Source of the DNA: an uncultured Acidobacteriota bacterium
Lineage (GTDB): Bacteria; Acidobacteriota; Terriglobia; Acidiferrales; UBA7541
NCBI GenBank assembly: GCA_963781005.1
Contig: CAWADX010000002.1
Coordinates: forward strand, 852,703 to 916,702
Direction: 5' to 3'
Length of the DNA: 64,000 bases
Shown here: piece by piece, positions 37,547 through 46,335 of the stretch
Layout: every line of letters starts with the position of its first letter
How positions within the stretch are numbered: position 1 is the stretch's first letter
Notes under the pieces: generated by a model
Told to the model about the DNA's origin: nothing
What the model saw: the letters and a program-made list of their open reading frames with translations, nothing else
Database searches by the model: none
Translations under genes and position numbers: made by a program

Positions 37547-37795
37547 GATCCGTACCTCTTTCCTCGGTTCGACATGTTCAAAGCCAGCCAAAACCATATG
37601 AGTAAAGACTGTAATGCGGAAAGGATTTCTTTAGGACTTCTTGGGCCTGCCCCTGACCCTTGTTCCTTCCTTTGGCCACAAGCTGGCGGATATTAAGGGA
37701 TCGCCTATGGAGATGGCGACTCTTCGAACGCTTTGTCCGATTGTCCGCGACGCAGACATGCACGTAGGTGCGATCCGCGCCGTCAGCCGCGCCAT

Positions 37796-38005
37796 GCGAA
37801 AGACCTCCGGCACCGGCCTATCTTCGGTCGAGGGGTTGGGACTCCTACTAATCGGTCGCACCCGAAAAAGGATTAGTCGATTGGACTACTCCTTTTGGGC
37901 TAGCCGGTAGGGCTAAGCACCTGGGCGATTGCAACGCCACGCTGTCTGGTCGATCATAGCTAAGAATGAAGGTCAGCAGGGCGTCCCCGGAGACAAGCGC
38001 GTGGT
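37796..38005 (+). repeat. noncoding direct repeat, copy 1 (~190 bp)
   Basis: Aligns with 40443-40630 (GCGAAAGACCT...TTGGGACTCCTAC...GGATTAGT.GATTGGACTACTCCTTTTGGGCTAGCCGGTAGGGCTAAGC.CCTGGGCGATTGCAACG...). A ~21-bp indel and a 1-bp indel break any common reading frame. Confidence 0.85.
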
Positions 38006-38096
38006 CGTAGAGCTGCCGTCGCCGCGTGAGTGTTCTTTACAGGCGGAGGATGAGAATCGCTACCGGTTAAGAACCCTGGGGGGAGAGGTGTGGATC

Positions 38097-40283
38097 ATGG
38101 AAGCTGAACGCCGCGCTAGGGGTGTCTGCGCCTCAACAGGCTTGGTTCTTACAATTGGTGTGTTATTCGCGACTTCGGCGATGGCGCAGACGGTCCGGCG
38201 GGGCCCCGAGGTCGTCTTCGAACGAAAGCACGACACTTCCCGCCCTTTGCGCGAGATCACTCCGAAGCGCATGCCAGCTAACCGGGGCGTGGTGCACGAG
38301 ATCCGCTTGTTACATCCGCCGCGCCCCATGCCGCTCGTGGCTCGGAGCGACGCTGCACATCAAACGGTGGCACTGCCGCTGGTCTCGACGACGGCGGGAT
38401 TGAACTTCGACGGAGTCAGCGACGGTTCGGCTCCGCCGGATACAAACGGGGCGGTGGGCGCGACCCAGTTCGTGCAATGGGTGAACACGGAATTCGCCGT
38501 GTTCGACAAATCCACGGGCCAGATCGTTTACGGCCCTACGGCCGGCAATAGTCTCTGGACAGGTTTTGGTGGCGGCTGCGAATTCAGCAACAGTGGCGAC
38601 ATCGTCGCGCAGTACGACAAGCTGAACAATCGCTGGGTGATGAGCCAGTTCGCCATCTCGAGCACGCCCTATCTGCAGTGCGTCGCGGTCTCGACCACCT
38701 CCGACGCCACCGGGAGCTATAACCGCTATTCCTTCCAGCAGCCCAACTTCAACGATTATCCTAAGATCGGCATCTGGCCCGACGCCTACTACGCCTCTTT
38801 CAACATGTTCGACCAGTTCAAGAATTTTATTGGCAGCCGGGCGTGCGCCTTCGATTCCGCCTCGATGCGTGCCGGATTGGCCGCCACACAGCAATGCTTC
38901 CAGCTCACCGCGAACTTCGGCGGTCTGCTGCCCTCGGACGTAGACGGCACCACGCCGCCACCGGTAGGCTCGCCCAACTACTATGCGGCTTTTGACATCG
39001 ACTGGGCGTCGCTCGACGTCTGGCAATTCCATATAGATTTCCAGAGCTCGGGGAATTCCACGTTTACCGGCCCGGTGAACGTGCCCGTTGCCCCATTCGC
39101 CGAAGCGTGCCAGGGCGGAACATGTATCCCGCAGCCTGGGACGACGCAAACCCTCGACTCGCTGGGCGACCGGTTGATGTATCGGCTGGCGTATCGCAAC
39201 TTCGGCGATCATGAAGCGCTCGTCGCCAACCACTCGGTGACCAGTGGTTCGAGCGTCGCCGTGCGCTGGTACGAAATCCGGAGCCCGGGCTCGAGCCCCA
39301 CCATCTACCAGCAGGGCACGTTCGCGCCGGATTCGAGTTACCGCTGGATGGGCAGTATGGCCATGGACCAGGCCGGCGACATCGCCCTGGGCTACAGCGT
39401 TTCAGACGGCAGCACTGTTCATCCCGGGATTCGCTATGCGGGACAGGTGCCCGGCGACCCGCTGGGTTCGCTTGAAAGCGAGGCGAGTATTTTCGAAGGG
39501 ACGGGCGCGCAAACCGGCCTGACGCGTTGGGGTGACTATTCCGCAATGAGTGTGGATCCGGTGGACGATTGCACGTTCTGGTACACCAATGAATATCTGC
39601 CTTCGAACGGCAGCTGGGCCACGCGCATCGCCTCATTCAAATTCACCACCTGCGGCGTGCCGGCTCCGGACTTTTCCGTCGCCGCAACGCCGAGCTCCCA
39701 AAGTGTGATTCGACCCAACGGCACCAGCTACATGGTAAACGTGACGCCTGCGAACGGATTCGGCAGCGACGTGGCGTTGAGTGTCAGCGGCTTGCCGGCA
39801 GGCGCGAGCGCGAATTTCAATCCCGGCACCGTGACGGGCGGCAGCGGCGGCTCAACCTTGAGTGTCACCACCGTCAGCTCGACTCCAGCAGGGCCCTACA
39901 CCCTTACGATCAAGGCGACCTCCGGTACTCTGGTCCATTCGAGCACGGTTCAACTCGTCGTCAAAATCCCGGCGCCCCCGAACTTCACCATTTCTGTTTC
40001 GCCTAAGTCACGAACAGTGGGCCGGCTCGGCACCGCGACTTACACGGTGACGGTGGCCGCGGTGAACGGTTTCAATGGAACTGTGAACTTCTACTCCTCG
40101 GGTCGTCCCCTAAACGTCGGCCCTCCAAAGGCGTTCAGTCCCAGGTTCGTGACAGGCTCAGGCACAGCGACGTACACCGAAATCACTCAGAGGAATACGC
40201 CGCCGGGAACCTACACAATTACGCTTCACGGTACCAGCGGGAGTCTGGCCCACACGACGGCTGTAACGCTCGTCGTGCAATAA
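38097..40283 (+). CDS. secreted hypothetical protein with C-terminal Ig-like repeats (728 aa)
   Basis: ATG 38097 with GGAGAGG upstream. Signal peptide ...LVLTIGVLFATSAMAQ. The C-terminal ~200 aa has two similar beta-rich units (FSVAATPSSQSV... / FTISVSPKSRTV...). Confidence 0.7.
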   Translation: MEAERRARGVCASTGLVLTIGVLFATSAMAQTVRRGPEVVFERKHDTSRPLREITPKRMPANRGVVHEIRLLHPPRPMPLVARSDAAHQTVALPLVSTTAGLNFDGVSDGSAPPDTNGAVGATQFVQWVNTEFAVFDKSTGQIVYGPTAGNSLWTGFGGGCEFSNSGDIVAQYDKLNNRWVMSQFAISSTPYLQCVAVSTTSDATGSYNRYSFQQPNFNDYPKIGIWPDAYYASFNMFDQFKNFIGSRACAFDSASMRAGLAATQQCFQLTANFGGLLPSDVDGTTPPPVGSPNYYAAFDIDWASLDVWQFHIDFQSSGNSTFTGPVNVPVAPFAEACQGGTCIPQPGTTQTLDSLGDRLMYRLAYRNFGDHEALVANHSVTSGSSVAVRWYEIRSPGSSPTIYQQGTFAPDSSYRWMGSMAMDQAGDIALGYSVSDGSTVHPGIRYAGQVPGDPLGSLESEASIFEGTGAQTGLTRWGDYSAMSVDPVDDCTFWYTNEYLPSNGSWATRIASFKFTTCGVPAPDFSVAATPSSQSVIRPNGTSYMVNVTPANGFGSDVALSVSGLPAGASANFNPGTVTGGSGGSTLSVTTVSSTPAGPYTLTIKATSGTLVHSSTVQLVVKIPAPPNFTISVSPKSRTVGRLGTATYTVTVAAVNGFNGTVNFYSSGRPLNVGPPKAFSPRFVTGSGTATYTEITQRNTPPGTYTITLHGTSGSLAHTTAVTLVVQ

Positions 40284-40442
40284 CTGCACGCGCGCGCCGG
40301 AAACCGCGACGGTCGAAATGCTCCCGGGGGGTCGAAGCTTTACTTGTCTTGCCCGTCGCGGGCGTAGCCGATTGAAACGCAGCCGAAGAAACTTCCACAT
40401 TGATGCGCGTCGCCGAGGCCCGCGTCGTCCAACTGCGCCCTG

Positions 40443-40630
40443 GCGAAAGACCTACGAGGAGTTGGGACTCCTACCTATCGGTCGCACCTCAAAAGGATTA
40501 GTTGATTGGACTACTCCTTTTGGGCTAGCCGGTAGGGCTAAGCGCCTGGGCGATTGCAACGACACGCTGCCTGGTCGATCATATCTAGGACCAAGGTCAG
40601 CGGGGCGTTGCCGGAGCCAAGCGCATAGTT
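40443..40630 (+). repeat. noncoding direct repeat, copy 2
   Basis: See 37796-38005. Ends ~80 nt before the ATG of the next gene, as copy 1 does. Confidence 0.85.
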
Positions 40631-40708
40631 GTCTACTTGACGCTTTCGCAGCGTTGCGCAACAAGCTGCAGAAAGCGAAATCGTCAGTGTTTATCAGGGT
40701 GAGGCACT

Positions 40709-41743
40709 ATGGATCAACTCTCATCAACTAGGTCCCTCTCGTTGCTCGAATCGCTGCGGTGGGCGGGCCGCGCGCTGCGAAACGAGTTCCTGGCGTTTCG
40801 GTTTCAGTATCCGCTCGAGATCGATCCGGCTGCTGGTCCTAAGGACTCACTGCACTACTATATGTACAGTGACTCGCTCTCGTGGAGTCTAATGAAGCTT
40901 GATCCTGCTGGTATTCCGCGTATTAGCGATCGACTTTTCGAGGACGTCTATCACCCTCCGTACATCGCTTGGTTTGGTCTTGTCAATTTAGGGCACTACT
41001 TGCGGCATCAAGATCCAACGAGCTTGGATGTTTTTTTGAATCAGGTTAGATGGCTTGAGCGCCATGCAGTGGTGCGCGACGACGGAGCTGCTGTTTGGCC
41101 GGGCACTTTTGACTGGCTTGAAGGGACTACCCTGCTCAAGGCCCCTTGGGTTTCTGCTGATTGTCAAGGCTTCGTTATCAGCGCTCTCGTTCGTGGCTGG
41201 CGAGTTACACGGCGACCGCAGCTCCTTGAACTCCTCAGCAAGTCGACGAAGGTATTTGAAATCGGTGTCAGTAGTGGGGGTATCCGAGACGTCGTCGATG
41301 GACACACAATATATAACGAGAAGCCGGGTTATCCCCCGCCTGGGCCGCTTGACGGTTTTCTTGTGGCCCTGCTCGCGTTGTACGACCTTTATACCGAAGC
41401 GGGTGACTGCGTAGTTGGCCAGTTATTGACCGAAGGGCTCGAGGGATTGAAGTACATGCTCCCCAGGTGGAACTATCGAAATAAGTGGAGCTGGTACAGT
41501 ACCCGCGCCTATTTGTGCCCCCCGGCATATCATATTCAGAATTGCGCTCTTCTCAGTGCGCTAGCTCGACTGTTAAAGGAACCGCTATTGGAACAGTATG
41601 TAGAAAAGTGGGATATTGCCCGACTGTCAGCATTAGGGCGCATGGAAGTATTCCTCATGTTTCTTTTCACGAAAAATGCTTGTCGCTTCAAATGCCGGAC
41701 ATGGCGCCAGAAGCAGGTATATAAACCGGGAATAGCCTCCTAA
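40709..41743 (+). CDS. D-glucuronyl C5-epimerase C-terminal domain family protein
   Basis: APWVSADCQGFVISALVRGW, LDGFLVALLALYDLY and PPAYHIQNCALLSALARL match my recollection of the conserved blocks of the heparosan-type C5-epimerase domain. The segment is visibly more AT-rich than its neighbours. Confidence 0.6.
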   Translation: MDQLSSTRSLSLLESLRWAGRALRNEFLAFRFQYPLEIDPAAGPKDSLHYYMYSDSLSWSLMKLDPAGIPRISDRLFEDVYHPPYIAWFGLVNLGHYLRHQDPTSLDVFLNQVRWLERHAVVRDDGAAVWPGTFDWLEGTTLLKAPWVSADCQGFVISALVRGWRVTRRPQLLELLSKSTKVFEIGVSSGGIRDVVDGHTIYNEKPGYPPPGPLDGFLVALLALYDLYTEAGDCVVGQLLTEGLEGLKYMLPRWNYRNKWSWYSTRAYLCPPAYHIQNCALLSALARLLKEPLLEQYVEKWDIARLSALGRMEVFLMFLFTKNACRFKCRTWRQKQVYKPGIAS

Positions 41744-41924
41744 GTTGCGTCGGCTGCAACCATCGCTGCCGGTCGAGCTCCTGCGATTGAACCTCCAAGT
41801 CACACCAACCGCGCCGTGTGAAGGACTTACTGCGTTCGTGTCTGATCGCGGAGTCGTGGGCTGCCTGGAGCGATTCCTGAGAACTCCGCAATGGGCTTTT
41901 CTACGGAAAGCTGAGGCGCGGGAT

Positions 41925-42110
41925 TTAGCCCGTCTTAGTGGATTGCTGATCTTTATTCTTTTCTTTCTCTTTCGCCCAGCGCGTTAAGACTGCCTTCCGA
42001 GCTATTTCTCTCCGTCGTTCGGGCGTGAGTTTCGCAGCCCGTGCTTTCCCACCCTTTGCACCACCCATCTTGCCTAGAGCGACCGCGTGCGGGTTCTTTT
42101 TTCTGGCCAT
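41925..42110 (-). CDS. small basic protein (61 aa), paralog A
   Basis: MARKKNPHAVALGKMGGAKGGKARAAKLTPERRREIARKAVLTRWAKEKEK... The track ORF starts at TTG 42119. Paralogous to 42393-42563. Confidence 0.55.
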   Translation of the reverse strand: MARKKNPHAVALGKMGGAKGGKARAAKLTPERRREIARKAVLTRWAKEKEKNKDQQSTKTG

Positions 42111-42161
42111 CCCCCACAAGTTAAGCGCTGGAACCCGTCAAGATCAACCCAGAAAATACAT

Positions 42162-42212
42162 TTGACATATACTTTAGCGCCTAAGTATGATTAGACTCCG
42201 TGTACTTAGGCG
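42162..42212 (+). promoter_or_regulatory. sigma70-like promoter with 10-bp inverted repeat
   Basis: TTGACA 42162-42167, 18-nt spacer, TATGAT 42186-42191. Inverted repeat CGCCTAAGTA (42178-42187) / TACTTAGGCG (42203-42212). Confidence 0.45.
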
Positions 42213-42232
42213 TACAAGTATAGAGGATCGCC

Positions 42233-42392
42233 ATGAAGAAACAGCGCCGAGCGGTTCGTTCAAACATTATGAACGCCAGTTTTGCCCGTGCCGCCTGGGG
42301 CCCGATTCCAAAAACCTGCATTGCGCACATTAAAGGATCTTGCGGAAGGATATGCCTTCTCCGTAGGTCTACGAGATCTTCAACTCTCGGGT
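42233..42392 (+). pseudogene. frameshifted 5' fragment of a paralog of the 42679-43431 gene
   Basis: MKKQRRAVRSNIMNASFARAAWG (one frame) and LRTLKDLAEGYAFSVGLRDLQLSG (another frame) together mirror MKKRCDTVHMNSSQARGKWG...MRGLKDLTERFQLSVAASEIQLLDG. Confidence 0.6.
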
Positions 42393-42563
42393 TTAGCCCA
42401 GCTTGGCAGGACTGCCAATCTTTCCCTTTTCTTTCGCCCAACGTGCGCGAGCAGCTCTCCGAGCAATTTCACTTCGCTGTGCTGGTGTGAGCTTTTGAGT
42501 GCGTGCGTTGCCCCCAATTCGCCCGAGGTAAACAGCATGCGGGTTTTTCTTCTTCCCCGGCAT
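42393..42563 (-). CDS. small basic protein (56 aa), paralog B
   Basis: Below the track cutoff. My translation is MPGKKKNPHAVYLGRIGGNARTQKLTPAQRSEIARRAARARWAKEKGKIGSPAKLG. Confidence 0.55.
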   Translation of the reverse strand: MPGKKKNPHAVYLGRIGGNARTQKLTPAQRSEIARRAARARWAKEKGKIGSPAKLG

Positions 42564-42612
42564 TGGCCCGGTCAGACCTTATCCCGTGCGTAGATGCAAA
42601 ATCAAGAAACAC

Positions 42613-42653
42613 TTGACTTTGCTAAGCGCTTAGCATTATGCTAAGCGCTTAGC
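42613..42653 (+). promoter_or_regulatory. sigma70-like promoter overlapped by two perfect 14-bp palindromes (putative operators)
   Basis: TTGACT 42613-42618, 18-nt spacer, TATGCT 42637-42642. GCTAAGCGCTTAGC occurs at 42621-42634 and 42640-42653. Confidence 0.55.
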
Positions 42654-42678
42654 ATATATCCGTGGGAGGCGGGCTTTC

Positions 42679-43431
42679 ATGAAGAAGCGATGTGACACGG
42701 TTCATATGAACTCCAGCCAAGCGAGAGGCAAATGGGGCAGCCTTTCCAAGGTTGTCATGCGGGGTCTAAAGGATCTCACAGAGAGATTCCAGTTATCGGT
42801 AGCGGCTAGTGAGATCCAGTTACTGGACGGCCGATGGTACGTCACTCATGCTGGCCTACTGCGAATAGCTCAGCGACGTCGATGTGCTGGGATCAAAACC
42901 AGTCTTGAACGGTATCTGTGCGACCCTGCCTCTGGCCGTTGGGTCTTCAAGGCCACTGTTTACAAGGGTCCCGAGTCGAAGGGTTTCGTCGGCTACGGCG
43001 ACGCTGACCCTTCCAACGTCTCCCCTCTGGTCCGCGGGGCGGAGATGCGTGTCGCCGAGACTCGCGCCGTCAACCGCGCCCTGCGAAAGGCTTATGGCAT
43101 CGGCCTGTGCTCCGTCGAGGAGTTAGGTTGGTCCTCTGCTCCTGACCCGCAGACCCGGAAAGGGCCTTCTCCGGTAGGACAAGGCGTTTCCAACAATGGT
43201 CAGCCGCGATTGCGCGATCGGCTCTGCTTGCTCATCCGCCAGTACCAGCTCGACCCTGCTTTGGTGAAGCGCTACGCCGCTGAGTTCTGCGGCACGGAAA
43301 GCCTCCGAGATGCCAGCCGCGATCTCGTTGAGTCTTTCATCAATCAGCTGGCCGAGCAGGCTGCTAAGGACCGTGACGGATTGCTATGCCACCTCAATAG
43401 CTACGCTCGAACCGAAGAGGTGAAATCATGA
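42679..43431 (+). CDS. putative single-strand annealing protein (Rad52/ERF-like pattern)
   Basis: GYGDADPSNVSPLVRGAEMRVAETRAVNRALRKAYGIG resembles the helix plus GIG motif of phage annealing proteins. Located upstream of a PD-(D/E)XK nuclease. The product call is tentative. Confidence 0.45.
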   Translation: MKKRCDTVHMNSSQARGKWGSLSKVVMRGLKDLTERFQLSVAASEIQLLDGRWYVTHAGLLRIAQRRRCAGIKTSLERYLCDPASGRWVFKATVYKGPESKGFVGYGDADPSNVSPLVRGAEMRVAETRAVNRALRKAYGIGLCSVEELGWSSAPDPQTRKGPSPVGQGVSNNGQPRLRDRLCLLIRQYQLDPALVKRYAAEFCGTESLRDASRDLVESFINQLAEQAAKDRDGLLCHLNSYARTEEVKS

Positions 43432-43871
43432 GACGCCATGTCCCGGGACTCCATCAGGTAGCCCCAAACGGAAACGACACTCTCGAAGGCGTGTTCCTGG
43501 TTCGAGTGGATCGGGCCTTCTATCGATGGCATCCGCACCGGCCTTTCTTCTCTCTCCGCTTTGCCGTCCTCGAACCGAAAGGGCACACCGGGCACAGTCT
43601 TTCGGGCCGCCTCTACTGCACGTCTAGGGCACTGTGGAAGCTGAACTGGTTCCTGCGGGACTTCGGCTATGACCCCGATCTTCTGGGGCGGGATGAAGTG
43701 GATGAGAAAGCACTGCTGGACCTGAGCGGGATCATCCGCACGTCACGCACTTTGCTGAACGGTCGTTGCTTCTTGAACCTGGAGGCCTTCGCTCCGGCCG
43801 GGGAGTGGGAAGAAGTCTCGGCGGAGGCCGTCGGTGCGCCGAAGGGTGAGGAGGTCGCGGATGACCTATAG
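43428..43871 (+). CDS. hypothetical protein (147 aa)
   Basis: ATGA overlap with the upstream gene. No motif recognised. Confidence 0.55.
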   Translation: MRRHVPGLHQVAPNGNDTLEGVFLVRVDRAFYRWHPHRPFFSLRFAVLEPKGHTGHSLSGRLYCTSRALWKLNWFLRDFGYDPDLLGRDEVDEKALLDLSGIIRTSRTLLNGRCFLNLEAFAPAGEWEEVSAEAVGAPKGEEVADDL

Positions 43872-44664
43872 CTACACCCAGATCAGCCGATATGTGCGCT
43901 GTCCTCGTCTGTACCGTTATCGCTACCTCGATGGTTGGCGGGAAAGAGATACACGAGCGGCCATGGTCTTTGGTCGGTGCTTCGAGAAGGCCCTGCTCGC
44001 TTACTTCTGCCAGGAGGACAGTTCCGCCGCACTATTCAAGGAATGGGGAGCTTATCGCGATGCCCCACTCGAATACGGCAAAGGGGACTCATGGGATCGC
44101 CTAGTTCATCAAGGAATTCGTCTGCTCGAGAGGCTGGCCCAAGACGATCGCGTCCGCATTTGCCGGCCAAAGCAAGACCTGCAGGTGAAGTTAGTACGAC
44201 CCCTCCCGAACGGCAACGAGTTCGTTGGCTACATCGATGCTCTCGGCGACCTGGATGGAAATCATTGCGTCATCGACTGGAAAACGACTACCAGCCGGTA
44301 CACGGAAGAGCCGGAAGGCCTTCTCTCCTTGGATCCCCAGCTGATTTGCTACTCCTGGATCAGTGGCATTTCCGAAGTGGCTCTGGTTGTCTTCGTGCGC
44401 AAGCAACTGCCTGAGATTCAATATCTGAAGACTTCGATCACGGAAGAGCAACGCCAAGAATTCGGCCATTTAGTGGACGCAACGGTCGGTCAAATTGAAG
44501 CGGGCCACTTCCTGCCTCACAGTGGCATTCGCTTTCCACAGAATGGCTGCGTGAGCTGTGCCCATCTAGGGCTGTGCCTGGGGAATCAGCAACTCATCGA
44601 TGCCAAGCTCATTCGCCGACCTGGAGCAAGCGACCTTGATTGGGTTGACCAGCTTGAAGACTAA
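43861..44664 (+). CDS. PD-(D/E)XK nuclease, Cas4/RecB-like
   Basis: Start ATG 43861 (track 43834). N-terminal YSYTQISRYVRCPRLYRYRY, core GYIDALGDL...VIDWKTT, C-terminal Cys cluster CVSCAHLGLC. Confidence 0.7.
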   Translation: MTYSYTQISRYVRCPRLYRYRYLDGWRERDTRAAMVFGRCFEKALLAYFCQEDSSAALFKEWGAYRDAPLEYGKGDSWDRLVHQGIRLLERLAQDDRVRICRPKQDLQVKLVRPLPNGNEFVGYIDALGDLDGNHCVIDWKTTTSRYTEEPEGLLSLDPQLICYSWISGISEVALVVFVRKQLPEIQYLKTSITEEQRQEFGHLVDATVGQIEAGHFLPHSGIRFPQNGCVSCAHLGLCLGNQQLIDAKLIRRPGASDLDWVDQLED

Positions 44665-45373
44665 CGGACAGGCGGTCCTGGAGCCTAAGCTCAACCGGCG
44701 CCGGGCGCTGTTCGTCTTGACCAAGATCGAGGAAATCTTGTCCTGGGAACAACGTACGGAGCGGGAGCGCGACACGCGCTTTGTTGAGTTGGGACTCTAC
44801 CTCTGCGAAGTTCGGGCAGGGCAGTACTGGAGACTTGACAACTTAAGCTCCTTCGATGAGTTCCTGGAGAGACGCTTCCCCGAATCCAGGCGCAAAGCGT
44901 ATTACCTAATGGCCATCCACGAGCAGCTGCCACGACAGATCCATCGGGACTTGAAGCAGGTCGGATGGACGAAGGCGACCGAGCTAGCCAAGGTAGCCCG
45001 CCGGGACGGACAGAAGTTCGAAAGTGCAATCTGGTTGCACAAAGCCCGCTCCATGCAGACCGAGGAGTTCAAGCGGGAAGTAGACCGTCACCTAACTGGC
45101 CAGGAGACCGAGCCCTGGGAGATCATTTACTTCAAGCTGTACAAAAGCCAACTGCCTGTGGTCGAACAGGCCCTTGAAATTGCCGCTTTGATGCTCGGCA
45201 GCGACCGATCCCGCGGTTACTGTCTTGAGATGATCTGCGCCGATTTTCTGGCGGGAGCCAACCTAGATAGCGGCGATCCTGGGGCGCTGCTATCTTCTTT
45301 GCGTCGTCTGTTCGGCCTTCTGCCATCGCTCCTCCAGACCCAGTTTATGGAGGAAATCCGGAAACCATCATGA
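44600..45373 (+). CDS. hypothetical protein, phage-associated (possible DNA-binding)
   Basis: 257-aa ORF. The start is uncertain because the track start overlaps the upstream gene by 65 nt. The stop overlaps the HNH start (ATGA). Confidence 0.5.
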   Translation: MPSSFADLEQATLIGLTSLKTNGQAVLEPKLNRRRALFVLTKIEEILSWEQRTERERDTRFVELGLYLCEVRAGQYWRLDNLSSFDEFLERRFPESRRKAYYLMAIHEQLPRQIHRDLKQVGWTKATELAKVARRDGQKFESAIWLHKARSMQTEEFKREVDRHLTGQETEPWEIIYFKLYKSQLPVVEQALEIAALMLGSDRSRGYCLEMICADFLAGANLDSGDPGALLSSLRRLFGLLPSLLQTQFMEEIRKPS

Positions 45374-45606
45374 AGCGTCCAGGGTCGAGACGACGGCGTC
45401 TTGACCCCGAGTCCTATCGAAAGCTCTGCCGCCAGGTTCTCAAGCGCGACGGATGGCGATGTCAGAACTGCGGGCGGCTCACGGATCTCCAGGTTCACCA
45501 CATACACCCGCGTAGCTTGCTGGGGGAAGATGCCGAACGGAATCTCATCACCCTCTGCGCTGACTGTCATCGTGCCGCCCATCTGCGGCTAGGCTTGCGA
45601 AGGTAG
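45370..45606 (+). CDS. HNH endonuclease
   Basis: RDGWRCQNCGRLTDLQVHHIHPRSLLGEDAERNLITLCADCHRAAH. Confidence 0.85.
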   Translation: MKRPGSRRRRLDPESYRKLCRQVLKRDGWRCQNCGRLTDLQVHHIHPRSLLGEDAERNLITLCADCHRAAHLRLGLRR

Positions 45607-45659
45607 ATCATCTGCCGCGCGGCTTCCCGCCAGGTCCGCGCGAGTGTAAGATCTTCAAA

Positions 45660-46310
45660 ATGACACAACAAGGCGACCATCCGGCATGGCGGAAGCGACT
45701 GAGACCCCTTCTCCGCCCGACCCTCATCCTGTTCTCGTCGCTGGGACTGTTGCTTGTGGTGGTCACGTTCTCTCCGTTGGTCTATTGGTGGGCAACGAAA
45801 CTTGCGGGGCCTTGGAGCGATCCCCCGGGTGAAGTGCTGATCGTTTTGGGGGGAAGTATCCTGGACGATCACACAATGGGCGAAAGCTCTTATTGGCGGA
45901 GTGTCTATGCAACTCGCGTTTACCGGGAGGGACAGTTCCACCAGGTGCTGCTCAGCGGGGGAGGGAAACCCATTCCCTCTGTGCTGCCTATGCGGGATTT
46001 CCTGGAGTGCCAGGGCATTCCGCCCGAGCTCATTGAGATGGAGACCGCCTCTATGAGCACTCGGGAAAACGCGTTGAACACGAAGCGGCTGCTGGAAGGC
46101 GTCCCAGGGCGAAAGGTTCTGCTGACGAGCGACTACCACATGTTTCGCGCCAGTCGTGCGTTCAAAAAGGCAGGTCTGGACGTCCTCCCCAGGCCATTCC
46201 CGGACGTAAGAAAGCGCGCGACAAACTGGACGGGTCGCTGGCCCGCCTTTATTGATCTGGTGATCGAAACGGCAAAAATCCCTTACTACTTCATCCGTGG
46301 GTGGATCTAG
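45660..46310 (+). CDS. YdcF/ElyC (DUF218) family protein
   Basis: N-terminal TM segment, VLIVLGG, LLSGGG and ETASMSTRENA motifs. The competing minus-strand ORF 45567..46343 has no motifs. Confidence 0.7.
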   Translation: MTQQGDHPAWRKRLRPLLRPTLILFSSLGLLLVVVTFSPLVYWWATKLAGPWSDPPGEVLIVLGGSILDDHTMGESSYWRSVYATRVYREGQFHQVLLSGGGKPIPSVLPMRDFLECQGIPPELIEMETASMSTRENALNTKRLLEGVPGRKVLLTSDYHMFRASRAFKKAGLDVLPRPFPDVRKRATNWTGRWPAFIDLVIETAKIPYYFIRGWI

Positions 46311-46335
46311 GATGTCCTTATGATTTTGTTGTAAG

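Noticed and set aside
37641-37910. Track ORFs 37641..37910 (+), 37631..37861 (-) and 40318..40731 (+) crossing the ~190-bp repeats.
   Set aside because: The two repeat copies differ by indels that shift the frame, so no reading frame is conserved. There is no RBS or motif.
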